DNA of 64,000 nt from positions 992,001 through 1,056,000 of the forward strand of contig CM102290.1 of NCBI GenBank assembly GCA_046563655.1. The letters run 5' to 3'. Source of the DNA: Yuukianura sp. NJ FZ-2021. Lineage: Eukaryota. The notes under the pieces were generated by a model that was given only the letters and a program-made list of their open reading frames with translations, was not told where the DNA came from and ran no database searches. Made by a program: the position numbers and the translations under genes. Shown here one piece after another: positions 39,283 through 52,444 of this stretch; position 1 is the stretch's first letter; each line of letters opens with the position of its first letter.

Positions 39283-40338
39283 ATGTTCAAACTCATAGTG
39301 TTCGTTGGGACGCTGATTGGTGGATCCTTAGCAGACTCTCCGGAGTACCCTCCAGAAGGGAGCCCTTATGCAGGCCACCCTTACTACCCGCCGCTAGAGG
39401 GCTCTCAGCATTTTGTTTCACCCGATGCGCAACCGCGGTCCACTCACCACTACCACCCTGAAGGAATGCCCCCAATGGATCAAGGTTCGTAAACAAGAAA
39501 GTACGTTTTTCTTCACTAGGTTAGGCAATAACTCCAACTTTTTGTTTTGTTACAAAATTAACAAAACTTCACTATGCTTTTGAGTGGCTATGATTTACAT
39601 GTAATTCAATGGGATTGGGGGAAAAAAGTGTTAGCAGCGAGATTTTTTTTTAAAACACGTACTTATTGCCTAACCTGTTACAGAAAAGCTATTACGTTTC
39701 TTTAGGAACCTTGCCAATGGATGAACGTTTTGGCGGTTTTTTCCCACCACCGTTCCCCGGAGCCGCCTTTGGAGTTGGATTTGGTGGCCCCCCGCCACCA
39801 CCGGCAATGCCACCACCAGGCCTCCCGGATGGATACAGACAAGGCCCACCCCCAAATGGACCAATTGGACCCCCACCATATGGATTCCCAGATCCAGGGT
39901 TCCAGACGCAAACGGGATTTGAAGGCCTCTTGGTAAATGCTCGGAATATGTTCAGAAGAATGTCAAAAATTCAAATCTGATTTGAGCGGGGAATTTGAAA
40001 TGATGTGTTTTGTTCACATATAGGTTCCAAATACATGGTACGGCCTTCTCCCTTGGGGTATTGAAGGAGTGATCATTGTCATCGCTGGAATCATTGTGTT
40101 TGCAATCATCGTGATTGCTATTCTTGGACTGCTGGGGTGGCTCTGTGGAGTCAAAACTGTATTGCCAATAATCAAAAGCGAAGATGCTGAAGCAGAAGCT
40201 CGTTCCCGATTTGGAGATCAGTGGGCAGAGTCTTTAACTGACCTTTCGGCCAATGTGATCCAGGCAATTGAAAGATTCAATGATGTCATGTCAGAAGAGT
40301 CAGAGGGCGAAGAAGAAGATTCCAAGCACACGGCGTAA
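39283..40338 (+). CDS. Uncharacterised Pro/Gly-rich signal-peptide, single-TM protein (cluster gene C), 3 exons
   Basis: Signal MFKLIVFVGTLIGGSLA, a PPPG-rich exon, TM VIIVIAGIIVFAIIVIAILGLLGWL, then ARSR...LTDLSANVIQAIERF. Confidence 0.75.
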
Positions 40339-41090
40339 CTCAAATTCATCAATGTGTGTTATTTGACAAATTTTGGAAAAATGAATGACCAAATTATTTA
40401 ATTTTATTATTTGAAGTAAGTATAGGGTATTATTTGTTTTTGTGATGAAATTAAACTAAAAAAGGAAATGACACGGTTAAGTCTACCTCCTGGCTTCTCC
40501 TATTGTTTATTTCTTTAAACTGTATTGCAAAATTTGAAATCTACTTTGGAAATGAAAAAATTCATTTTTTTAAACTAATTTTTATGGATGTTTCTTACAT
40601 ATTCAGTATCGAAATATGCGTTGAATAGCGTGACACACTTACGGACGTTTCCTGCTTCAACACCGTCTATTTCTTTTTACAAACACGAAGAAAAACTTGG
40701 GATTATGAAAAAAAAAAAAGTTTAATGATTCCAGTAGCACTAAAGCTGGCAAGTTTATGGCTTCTTTTTTTTAATTTCGAAATGTCCGGTCGAATTTTTA
40801 TTTTTTATGGAAAGGTTTGTTCAAAATTAAAAATGAATTTCTTCTTAGCATTTTCGTAATGCCTTTGAAGTTTTCGGTCGACAAGAACTTTTCACACAAG
40901 TCGTTACAGTTATTAAAGATATTAATACGTACATTGGTGCAAATTTATTTTTAGAACAACGGGATCAGTGATGGAGTTACTAGAATAAAAGGTAGGCTTA
41001 AGAAGAAAGGGATTCAAAGGAGGCCCTTAACCATAACGTCACTTTGATAAGGGCTCACCTTCTCCGGATCAAGTGCAAACGTTCAGTCCA

Positions 41091-41533
41091 ATGCCGCGAG
41101 TTTGGAGTTGGTTCTGGGCTGTGAGTATCGTTTTTGTGAGTACCGAGGTCACCAAAGGTCAAGTCCCAGAAGTACATCAGGCAGCGTCTATTGCCAGTTT
41201 CACAGGACTATCGTAAGTAATAGAGTAATTCCAGCATTCTTTACACCCCCAACTTCTTTTCATTAACATTTTTGATTTTATTTTTTGTAATCGTACCGCT
41301 GATTTAAAAATTTCAGTACATTTTTTGGAGCGTCTATTGGTATTCGCGAAATCTACTACCTTGCATCCATCATCTCGGTGCTCCTCGCCTCGTCTGTTCT
41401 CTTTACATTTTTGCATTTCCCAAACTACTACCTTCCAGTACATCGTGTTCAGCGTCGCAGTATTGGCTTCCAGCCCGGAAAATTTGAATTCGAACAAAGA
41501 ATCTTCTCAAGCATTTTGAAATCTTTTGAATAG
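41091..41533 (+). CDS. Uncharacterised signal-peptide, single-TM protein (cluster gene D, about 112 aa); exons 41091-41212 and 41317-41533
   Basis: Manual splice: MPRVWSWFWAVSIVFVSTEVTKG...GLS|TFFGASIGIREIYYLASIISVLLASSVLFTFLHF...VQRRSIG...EFEQRIFSSILKSFE*. Not in the ORF track in this frame. Confidence 0.6.
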
Positions 41534-41633
41534 ATCGTGGGCATCAATAGTACTAGGTATGAGTCCCAAGTTTTTGAACAGCGTACAACTTTTCTTTTAA
41601 AACAGTTTTAAATTATTGTAAATTAACTTTGTT

Positions 41634-42002
41634 ATGGTTGCTAATTTGAGTATGGGAGAAGTTATGCAAGTAATCCATGGACACCCAGTTCTCTCTGTAC
41701 CGAATCCACATCCGGGTGAGGACCATCCTGGCCTTGCGCTCTTCACGTCGTCCTCCATAGTGCCTGTGCTTCGGTTCTACTCTTTCACTTTTCGAACGCT
41801 AATTCTAATGAGTGTTGCTCTCCTTGTATTAGCACGACCGCTCTACCGACTCATCAGACAATACGGCTGGAACGCTCCAGAAGCGTTCAGAAATCAAACC
41901 GGAATGGCTACATACCACCCCCTATTCAAAACCAATTACAACTCCCGGCAAGACTTACAACAAACTGTTCTAGACTCCATCGCAGATTATGAATACGATT
42001 GA
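41634..42002 (+). CDS. Uncharacterised TM protein (cluster gene E); 5' end unclear, possibly degenerate
   Basis: TM-like TLILMSVALLVLA and C-terminal SRQDLQQTVLDSIADYE, like its neighbours. No clear in-frame signal peptide. Confidence 0.5.
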   Translation: MVANLSMGEVMQVIHGHPVLSVPNPHPGEDHPGLALFTSSSIVPVLRFYSFTFRTLILMSVALLVLARPLYRLIRQYGWNAPEAFRNQTGMATYHPLFKTNYNSRQDLQQTVLDSIADYEYD

Positions 42003-42818
42003 AAGTGCGCTTACAAGGAACTTATGTTCGTATTTTTCAAAGCAAATATAGCCCGCTGTAATTAAATCAACTTTAAGACCATCATTTATATTCAGATATG
42101 ACAGAAACCAGTTTAAAAAAAAGTTAACTCAGGTAGAAATCAATTTAAAATTAGTTCAATCATTTTCGAAACTTGAATAAATGTCGCTTTGGTATTGATT
42201 GCTCAACTTTTAACATGGACATTTCAGCTTTATGCTTGCTTCCGTTCTATGGATGCAAGAAACGCCCTTGGCCCTAGTAAAACATTCCAAACTATTTAAA
42301 AAACAGCAAGTTGGACAAAAGGTCCTATGCTTTTTACATTGAAAATTTTTCGTTTCGTTTTAAATGAAACTGCAGGTAATTTTTAAAAATAACTTTGTTT
42401 TTTAGAAAAAACGAAAGATGAAATTCCAGATGGACACTTTCCCTGTTCCACCTTCAACCACTTGTCGCCAAGATCGCAGCAGGGAGCATTCCTAGGTATT
42501 CCTAAAACATGTTACAACCAAACGTACTCAGGGAAGTGTCAAATGTTAAGGAAAAAAGACTTTTCAATTTAAAAAAAAGTACTCAAAGAGTTTTTGAAAC
42601 CGAAAAAAAAGAAGGTTCTCCAAGAAAGAAAACTTTTAAAATTGAAAGGTAAAAAAGTGACGCTTCGGGAAACTGCTAACGGACACTTCTTGGCCGTTTT
42701 CTATTTAAGTGGGATTAAAAACTTCAGTCAACCTCAGTTTGAACGTGAACGTTGTCAAAAAATCAGCTTCCTGATTTTCTAAAAAAAAAAAAGTATTTCA
42801 AATTCTGAAGTTTTCAAA

Positions 42819-43521
42819 ATGTTGAAGCAGTTAGTTGTGGTTATCATTTCCATTGGATTGGCTTCCGGAGCGTCTTCGGTTGTGAACACTGTTCGGGCGG
42901 ATCCAAGGTCATCGCAAGCTCCAATTGCCACGGCCAGTTCTGGTGGAGCAGTGGTGGCACATGAGCAGGAAACAACAGGATCAAAACAGACGGAGGCTGC
43001 GACTGCCTACGGAGAATACGTAACTGCACAACGCCCAATGCCAAATGCTTTTGCAACTCCAGCGGCCTTGAGTAAGTCAAAACATAGATGCTCATGCGAT
43101 TTCATGTCCTGACTCTAAATATTTAGAATTTTGAAGTCATCGTTTTTAAAAACTTTCAAAATGTGGCTTGGTAGTTCATTTTCATTATGTTACTGTAGAT
43201 TCTTACGTGTATGGCAATGGACTGGGCCATCCAAATTCTGTTCCCGCCAACAATCCAATTTTTGGCTTAAGTTCTAATGGTGACGTCAAGCTGTCCGCAT
43301 ACTTCGGTCCCGCCTTCTGGGGGTTTGTTGCTGGATTGGCAGCAGCCATCATTGTCGTTCTTATCGTGAATATCTTTGGGGGATTTGACTACTTGGGAAC
43401 TGCCATCCGCGGAATTGGGGCCGACGATACGAAAAAAAGCGCGAAGGCACGCGCAATTGATGTAGATCGCCTTGCTGCCGTCGTCTGGAACGCTTTGGAC
43501 AAATACAACAAGTGGAATTAA
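42819..43521 (+). CDS. Uncharacterised signal-peptide, single-TM protein (cluster gene F), 2 exons
   Basis: Signal MLKQLVVVIISIGLASG, TM FWGFVAGLAAAIIVVLIVNIFG, then KARAIDVDRLAAVVWNALDKY. Confidence 0.75.
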
Positions 43522-43953
43522 AGGTCTTCTGGAATTCAAAATTTCGACCACTTTTTGACAACATCCAACCGTTTTTAACAAAATTTTAAATAATGGTGCT
43601 TTTCACTTATTTCTTGTTAAGATTAGTACAAAATTTGAAGAGAGAGTCAAGAAAATTCAAATTTAGACGACTAAAGGTTGACCTTCCACTTAATCTGGAG
43701 GGAGTAAACTGTAAACTATCAGGATTATGAGTTAAAAAATCATTACAAATTCGACGTGTTTTTGAACAAATAAAAAGAATCATTTCAAAGTTAGTCTAAA
43801 CAGAAGTTAAAAAATATCGTTCTTGGATCTGGGGAAAAACTTTGTAAGAATTCTAAACACTTCAGTTAAAAAAACCTTGACAAAAAGCACTTCTAAAATG
43901 TCTATTTGATATTGTTTTGATTTTAAAATTTCCAATTAAATTTTCAGAATTCA

Positions 43954-44619
43954 ATGGATAGAGAGATACGAAAGCGGAAAAGTTTCCATTTTCATGTTTT
44001 TGTCGTCCTACTGTTCACACTGCATTTTGTTCAAACGGTGGACTCAAGCCAAACCCCGGCAAATGGCACGCTGATTAATGGAATTTTGCTGGAACAGGCC
44101 CTAAGACAAGCCTGGACAGAATATGGTCCATCGTACATTGAGCAATCAAAACAAATTGTTCTAGAATCAAGGTCAGTCCGCAGTACTTTCGATGAAGCCA
44201 TGCCGCTACTCTTGTCGCCATACTTCCAGCCCATGACGTCCGAATGGGATTCACTAGTGACGTTTCCACTTAAAAAAGTCCAACCACCGAGCCCCAATAT
44301 TTTCAGCATCCTGCTTGCTAAGACAGTGGAATTCCAAATTACGAATTACCAACAACTGGAGAAGCTGGAAGACGTTGGTGTTGCTATCCTGTTAGGTGTG
44401 TTGATCAGCATTTGGATTCTACTGGGCGTAGCCGTCGGCAGTATTCCACTGACACTGATATTCTTGCAACATGAAGCTGAGCATCTCAGACGACTGTTCG
44501 ATCAACTGAAACTCAAAAGCAAAGCCCATCATCCGCGGGATATCGACGAAGTTGAGTCCAGAGTCCAATCTGCAATTCACGGTAACTGGATGTATGGAAG
44601 AATGAATTCACACGTCTAG
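43954..44619 (+). CDS. Uncharacterised signal-peptide, single-TM protein (cluster gene G)
   Basis: 221-aa ORF with hydrophobic N-terminus, TM VGVAILLGVLISIWILLGVAVGSIPLTLIFL, then PRDIDEVESRVQSAIH. Confidence 0.65.
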   Translation: MDREIRKRKSFHFHVFVVLLFTLHFVQTVDSSQTPANGTLINGILLEQALRQAWTEYGPSYIEQSKQIVLESRSVRSTFDEAMPLLLSPYFQPMTSEWDSLVTFPLKKVQPPSPNIFSILLAKTVEFQITNYQQLEKLEDVGVAILLGVLISIWILLGVAVGSIPLTLIFLQHEAEHLRRLFDQLKLKSKAHHPRDIDEVESRVQSAIHGNWMYGRMNSHV

Positions 44620-45002
44620 GAAGAAAGGTAAAGGATAAATCAATTGAGGATTGAAATCAACGCAACTGAAAGAGAGGCATACAGTGATTAAAAATTTAAT
44701 CGGAATTGTGAGAGAACCGTTAAGAATGTGTAGATAATAATGTTAATAGTGTCTACAATATAATTGTCCCATGAGAAATTACATTTCGAATTGAATTTAA
44801 ATTAAAAAGATAAATTAATACCAAGTACTAGTTTCTATTAATTTAGTTTCTGCTTGATTTAGTTTCCAAAATAATATTAAAATTATTTAGTCAAAGAAAT
44901 TGGTTGAACCAGGGGATCTTAACTACTATGTGTCTGCGCCAAATGTCGCAGCGTTGTAAGTTAGCAAACCTTTCATGATGACATCCCAATCCTAGTAATT
45001 GG

Positions 45003-46830
45003 TTAATTGGTACGGAGTTGGTAATCTCCGTTTTGCGTTATGTAGCGAACCCAAGGCAATGCTTGATAGCCACTCTTCTCAATGATTTTTAAGTAGCGTA
45101 CCTGAATTCCAACAAAGTAACACAAAAACATTCAGAAACATCATCAAATGTACTACAAACTTTTGCTTATTGTTTGTTCACTCTGACCTGAATACCGGAA
45201 GTAGTAAAATATGGGATCTCAAACTTCACTTGAATCGGCGGGCGTCCTTCGGAATCTTCTCCTTCGACGGAAGGTAATCCAAAGTGAGCCCTCATCAAGT
45301 ACTCTTTGCCACCGGGGAACGATTTAATTGTCCAAATAATTGCACTCAGCTCGGGAGCATACTTAACTGAACCAATCCCAGCTTTGAACTTAGGTGAGTC
45401 AGCATCACCCGGCACTGGAATCACAATTTCAACATTGTTTGCAGTAGAACGCCGTTTGAACTGAGACTTGGCTTTGACCATGTACTCCACCCTGCTGTGA
45501 GCGTGTCGCTCAATGACTGATTCTATCCAAATCAGAGGCTTCACCTGGAATAATTCACAACAGGTTTTAAATAATTATTGCTTCCTACGTTTACAAATGG
45601 ACCAAAATATTTTACGTGTGTGTTAAGTCGGTAGGACATCAATTCAAATTCTCCGTCTGGGGGAATGAAGGAAATTGTTCGATCTACTTCGAATCTAGTA
45701 AACAAATGATCACAAACTGAATTACTCTAAAATATACGACACAGTCGGAGGCACAAGTGTTAAAACCGTACCTAGACAGTCGAACGCATTGATGAAACTT
45801 GACGTCTTCCAGTTCAACCGACTTGGATTTCCCTCGCCCCGTGCTTTCAAACAAAACTTTATCGTTTAGTCCTAGACGAAGCTCAGGCATTCCGGATAGA
45901 TACACCCTCATTTTTATAGCACCCACAATTTCGCTTCTAAGGATATGACCATTCGCATTCGCCTGTAAGGAACAGCAAAATAAAGTCGTGTAAATTTTAA
46001 CAGGTCAGCCATAATATGCTAGTAAGTAATGTTGTTGAATTACCAGCAAGTTGACTGATTCAATCACATCCAAAAATACTTCATTCTTCCTATATTTGAT
46101 CCCCTCGGAACGCCAAGAAACGGCATTTGTGAGAGCCATGGGAGGTTTTGGTGCAATTTCCAACTTATGACCTTCTTGTGTAATGAACCTGAAATAAAAA
46201 TTAATAAAATAGTTGGCGATTGTCAGTATTTGCTTGGGAAAACAACCATTGATAAAAAACAAAACGAAGAATGACTAAATATAAACATACTCTTGTAAGA
46301 TTTTGCTATCCGTAGTTTGAGGATATCCGAAGTCAATGAGCTCGTCCATCAGTTCGTAAATAATCACAAAATTGTCTCTAATGCTCTCCTCTTCAAGTTC
46401 TTTAAAATACTCCCCCATTACCTGTTCACAAAATGAGAAAATAAAATCCCGTTGTGAATTTTTGGAATAATAAGTGTAACTGGCAAATAAGACATACCTG
46501 GACCAGCTTATGTAAAAATGCAAAAACTAGTGCAATATTGGAGTTCATCTTGCTAACTGAAACTATGTATAAATTGTTGTGCTTGATGTAGCCAAAGGCT
46601 GCCTCTGGTGTTTGTAGAATTGGGGTCACCTGGCCTTCCTCTTCTTTTTCCATCAATAAGGGCATAAACTTGTCAATTACGCCCATGTCAATGTCTCCCC
46701 GATAATTCCGGGAAATCAGGACCTGAAAAATGAAGAAGGGATAAACGCTGAAAATCTTGAGTGAATTCAGTATAATTTCCACTCTTACCTTTCCTTTGAC
46801 ATCGAGGATGAAAATTGCTGAAGACGACAT
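45003..46830 (-). CDS. AP1M1: AP-1 complex subunit mu; multi-exon span
   Basis: MSSSAIFILDVKGKVLISRNYRGD, EEESIRDNFVIIYEL, VSWRSEGIKYRKNEVFLDVIE, LSGMPELRLGLNDK, FEIPYFTTSGIQVRYLKI and YQLRTN*. Confidence 0.96.
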
Positions 46831-48192
46831 TATAGCACAAGCACTAGCAGTCGTACAAAATGGAACCAAGCAAGTACACGTAAGTAATGATAACTTGGTG
46901 CTCTGGGCGTCAGGCACCGACAGGCTACAGAATACCTGGAAAGCGGAAAAATTGATCGGAAATTCAGTTCAACTTCTTCTTCCTCACTTGCACGATACAA
47001 AATACCTTCGACTTACTTGAATCTAGTACTGGCAGAAGAAGCAACGAACAAGGCACGCCCTAATCCGAAGTCCAGGGACAATGCGATTAATGTGACATAC
47101 GTCTTGGTCTGGACGAAACAATTCAACAGCTGGTAAGCAGTATGGACTTGCTATCACGGATCACAGCGATGGAACGTTCAGATTCTTAATTGAAAAAAAA
47201 ATAAATTTAGCTTGTATTCGTAATAAAGACTGCTTCACAATATTCTGTAATCGTAGCACTTGCTGCAAGTGTAAAATAGACTTACCAAACCGGCAATGAA
47301 AACAGCAGGTTGCACACAGGTCATCAAGCCGAAATCAGAAGGGAGTATATTAGTGAGGTGTTGCTGCAATGCATTAATACAATATTTATTACACTAATTA
47401 GTACTGCTTTTTGCGTTAAATATTTTAGTAACAGTTTTCTATATTTTGTTCTGCAAAGGTGAGTAATTAATGGAACAAGGCGAAACTCACCTCTCTCATG
47501 CCACCTAAGTTGTTTTCAGTTTTAAGTGGAATCAGATGAAGTATACCGTAGTTATTCTAACATTGGCGTAAGTATATTCCCAAATCCCAAAATAGTATTA
47601 TATCCGAGTTACATCTTGAGCGTAATGACTTTCATTCTTATTTTATAGTGCAGCATACTATTTTACGTACACATCAATTAATTAACGTTTGACCAGTTCT
47701 TGACCGCAAAGAATTCTTGGATAAATGCACAATTTAGGTTTACCAATGGCACGTAGTTTCCATAACCCGGGATAATACGGTATAAGATTCAGTGCAGTAT
47801 CGAGTGAGAACTGACAAGGGACGCGCCATTATTCAAAATGAGAAGATATTGAATTCAGGTTCCCACAGGCATCGAAATTACACAATCCATACATGGGAAT
47901 CAATTGCTGTAATCAGAAATGATTGATGCATTTGGTAATCGAATTGTTTTTTCGATGTATTTTTTCTTGCAAAGTCATTCTAATGACTTACAATAATTAT
48001 AAGTCATAGAATGACTTTGTCCTTCGGGAAATTAGATAATGTCACGAAGGACACGGTCAAGAGATTCAATTAGAAAAAAGTTGTCCTTCGATGAATAATA
48101 CGCCAACGCAACAAATTGAGTACTAGAGACAACTCTCGATTTAATACATCTGGAAAACACTTGATAATGAGGACGATGAGCACCGGATCGAT

Positions 48193-49786
48193 CTATTCCA
48201 CTTTCTTCGGAGGTTTTGTGACCTTGGACTGCTGCATCATAGCAGGAATATCTGAGTACAGAATAGTTCCCACAAAGACGCAGAATGTGCCAAACCAATG
48301 AGCAAGAGTAAATGGGTTGTTGAAGTAGAATATTGAGAAGATGAGACTGAAGAATTTCCGAAGAGTCACGACGAGAGTAACTGTCAAAGATGCACACTCC
48401 GTTGTAAGGACAAAGACGGAATTAATGCACACACATCTGAAACGACAGAAGAGAATGCGATGAGCGAGAAATAGTAATTGTCAGTTTCGGTACAAATTAC
48501 GAGACTACGGTATCAAATGAAAATTTTCGTTGTTTACTGTGTGAAGACGTTTCCTAAAATGTACAGCCATATACATGGAATGGCGAGTCCAAGCACCGAA
48601 ATCGGTTCTGAGTTATTTGCAATTATCGTATGAGTCCACAAATCTGACGCGAGGAACAGAAATCCTGGCAGCGGGAGACAGTGCTGCAAAATTAACATAG
48701 TAAAAAGTTAAGAAACGAACATTAGAAATTAATTTTAAGGTGATGATTTACCGAAAAAAATAGAGCTTCACGAGGATTCTTTCCGTATTTTTTATGCATC
48801 ACTTCTTGATGCAAACCCATCCGAGCAGACATAAACAGAGCAAAGGTAAGAATCGATATACCTGAAAAAAACGAAAGTTATTTAAATTCCCATAAAAATT
48901 TCAAAATTTTTTGAAACTATAATCATCAGTAACCTACTTAACTTACCACAAACCCACCAAAAGTAGTCGGAGAACCCTTCCTCAGCAACTGCCTCCGAAG
49001 ATTCCTTGAAACAGAACAATGTTTGACTTATTTCGTATGTCGGTTTATTAAAAAAAAACTGCACTCACCTCGAAACTTTGGCCAGATGCAATTGTGCAAA
49101 CAGTGATTCCGACGGATATCAGTGCTACTGAAATGTATTTGGTCATGTCGTAGCGTTTGTTCATTATGATCATCCCTAAAACCATGTTGGCCATCAGAGA
49201 GCCCTAAATTTCGTAAATACAAACAAACGGAGGAGGTACATGAGAATTGGAAATAATATTAAAGAAATGTAAGTTCTAAACTGTTTACTTACCGATCTGA
49301 AGATTAGATGTAGAGTCATTGAGATGTTGAAATTAAATGCGATATTATTCGTGGTACTAACCAGGAAAAAATACACAACCAGTGTCACATACTCCCTAGA
49401 CATAAATAGTATCAGCCAATTCAATACAGTTTACGCAGAAGTATCCAACCCAATGTGTCGGATATTTATCCAGCACGGAGCTTTCACATGGATGGTCAAG
49501 TATCTTTGTATTACCTCATGGGAACGTTCGGCTTCTTCGTTCCACATCTCATAGTAATTATAAAGCCCTCCAGAGCAATTACTACAAACTGGCTAAATGT
49601 GATTAGGTTTCCACTACCCGGGTCAGCGCTGCAACATTTAAATGAAAAACACCATTTGAGGAAATCAATCTCTTTTTGTTTCTCGGTGATGAATATTACT
49701 TACACCACCAGTAGTTCCAAAAAAACGACATTTACTGAGCATCCGATGAAGACGAACAGGATTCCTAGTAATGCCTTTGTGTTCAT
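48193..49786 (-). CDS. SLC35B4: UDP-xylose/UDP-GlcNAc nucleotide-sugar transporter (SLC35B4/YEA4 family); multi-exon span
   Basis: FIGCSVNVVFLELL, DPGSGNLITFSQF, NNIAFNFNISMTLHLIFRS and ECASLTVTLVVTLRKFFSLIFSIFYFNNPFT. The C-terminus ends in KKVE. Confidence 0.9.
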
Positions 49787-51479
49787 GATAGCTGCTCGCT
49801 TGTACAATTAAAATTTGGAAAGAAGACGGACAATCGATGAACAATCCAGCATCTAATTCCAGAAAATCTATGGAATACAAACAATCGGTTTATCAAGAAA
49901 TATTAATTGCATCTCGATTTCTGTGACCTTAACTTACTTCCAATGCCGCTCCAGTCTGTTATTTGTTTGTAAACAAATAGTTTACCTTTTTAATTTAAAA
50001 ATTTTAAATAATATTTAATTCGCTGCTGTCTTCTACGAGATCCAGTTAGGTATTAGGCGTAGGCCTGTCGCCTATCCAAGTTCTACCGACAGACTGCCGT
50101 GCCGTTTAACTCAAGTTACACTCGCCACATATGGATAAAAAGCTGGAAATCTTCTATGGGCATCCAGGAAGCCCAATGCTCAAGTGATGAATGCAATTAG
50201 TTAGTAGTTGCACTCCATGTAATTGCCCAAATTAAATTGACCTCATATGACCTAACACAAACTTCAGCATAAATCTCTGGAACCACATGCACACATAAGC
50301 AGCATCTGCATAAACAAAAAAGTTAAAGTAATGGATTGTACACTAACAAATATCCGCCTTGCAGCTAACTGCTAGCAAAATTTAAAATTAAAATTAAATT
50401 AGCAAACAGTTATTAATGTCGTTACTTTCAAGAATTTCCTAATTTCCAAGGCCTCTTTTAGTTATTTTTAGAAATGGCATTCGAAAAACCATGGCGTAAG
50501 CCCGGCCTCTAAAGTATTGTTTTCTGTATATTTCCCGTAAACTCCAAAAATATTCAAAACAATCATTTGTTTTATTAATTAACTTTCCTAACATTAGTTA
50601 ACTTAAGTAAGTAATATTGTATTGCTCCCATTGACAGTTTGAAGTGAATTAATTCTCCAGCCATTAACTCCATGTATATTCTAACGACGGTATTAGAAGA
50701 GATCATGAGGCCATGGATACTTGTAGGTCGTTGCGCAGTGGTTTTTCAATGAATGTGGAGGCCATAATGGACAATAGTTGGCTAACGTTAAAATCAATCC
50801 TGGAATTTAACAGTGGCCTACTTTGTTTCTAGGTTTGTTTAAGCTCATTGCGTTTCAATAAAGTGCAAAAATTGTGACTGGATTGCAGGTAAATACAATA
50901 GGGAATTGGTTATCTTTAAGTAGGCTTTCATCACATGTAGACACTTGAGTTAACTTACGCAGTTAAGTTAAGTAGGTGAACCGTAATCAATTATAACCAG
51001 GGCAAAAACAACTCCTGCTTAGGATAGGCACAAATTAAGGGAGCACGCATTGTATCAATTGAGTGACAATTCAATTGGCACAATGCATGGAACCCAAATT
51101 AACACATAAAAGTGCAATGTGTGCTATAAATCAATCTAACACTAGTAATCATATACTAATAAATGCATTAATACATTGAAGTAAACAATAAGTATCTAAT
51201 ATGACACCAAGTTACTTAAATCACAGTACATTAACCGGAAATGGAGGAACACAAAGGTTCGTACGTAGCTGCTAAACAATCACAAGTACTTATATTGCTC
51301 GTACACAGTCTCCCAATCTCGTTTTGGTTTAGCTGCTAATAAATGCCCTTTCTAAAGGTAATTGAACACCATATTTGGTAACAAAAAGGAAAATATCAAG
51401 ACTTATTACACGTTTTGGAAACAATAAATGAATAACATTGGCAATTTGATTATATCGTAAGTTTTTAGCAGCATTTTCT

Positions 51480-52444
51480 TTACCGACGTTGTTTGAAGAA
51501 TCTGCGGACAGCGGATTTATCATCGAAGAAACTTCGAAGCGAAAATACCTAAAGGATTAAAATTACGGGATGAATAGATGTAACTATCATTGTGTCTGGC
51601 GAATAACTTAAATTAATGTCGTGGTTTCAAAAACGTACCTGAAGCAACATCACAGTAATTGTACATCCAAGGCACAACATAGAATACCAATTGACACGAT
51701 CAAAATTGTCTTCTGCAGTACGACGATCATGATTTTCAACTTGGCGATACAGACGTTGACTGTCCCGGACTCCATTCAAGTGAACTCTCACTTTTTCAAG
51801 TCGTTCTATCACAGACTGTGAATCACAATGTAAGTTAAAAAACGTAAAGGTGTTAAACACATCTTGGCAAAGATTTGGTTAAGTTTAAAAATAAAAATAC
51901 GTTACCACAGTTTGCATCGCTCCACCATAACTAGCTTCAGCAGCTAAATCGGATTGGTTAGAAGTTTCCCAGTCAGTTCCACCAATTGTTTTGAGGCGAA
52001 GAAACACAGTCTTCTTGCTATACCTTGTGTGTGTATTGTCGAAACAGAGCCTGTACGCACCATCCTCAGTCGTTTTGAATCTAGAATATAAAATATTGAG
52101 TGCGTTAACGAAAACCTAGAATTGGCTAGAAAAGTAGGACAATCCACTTACTGAGACCAGGAGGAAGGTTTATTGAATTCGGTAACCAATGGCCGTCCGC
52201 GAATGTCAGACAGTTGAAAGCCAATCACATGGTCTTGGTACGTTGCACTCGTAACTTTGTACTCCAGCATTACAGTCTCTCCACCTGGGTAATACTGGTA
52301 AAAGCATGCTTCATCCGAAGGGTTCACAATGAAATTAATTGTACGAGATCCCGATTTGTTAAGAAGAGGAACGTTTTCGGATCCAAATACTGTCCATGGC
52401 AGCAGTAGCAGTGCGAGGGCAAACACAAACTTCATTACGGCCAT
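51480..52444 (-). CDS. p24/TMED (GOLD domain) cargo receptor, gamma-type; 4 exons
   Basis: Signal peptide, EACFY, YRLCFDNTH, RDSQRLYRQVENHDRRTAEDNFDRVNWYS, TM, then QVFSLRSFFDDK...RR* (stop at 51480). Confidence 0.85.

Noticed and set aside
36241..41060. GGCCCTT/AAGGGC motifs at about 36245, 39182, 39226, 41021 and 41049 resembling the histone stem-loop arms
   Set aside because: None forms the 6-bp stem/4-nt loop with consensus flanks. They are too short to call a shared cis-element without enrichment statistics.
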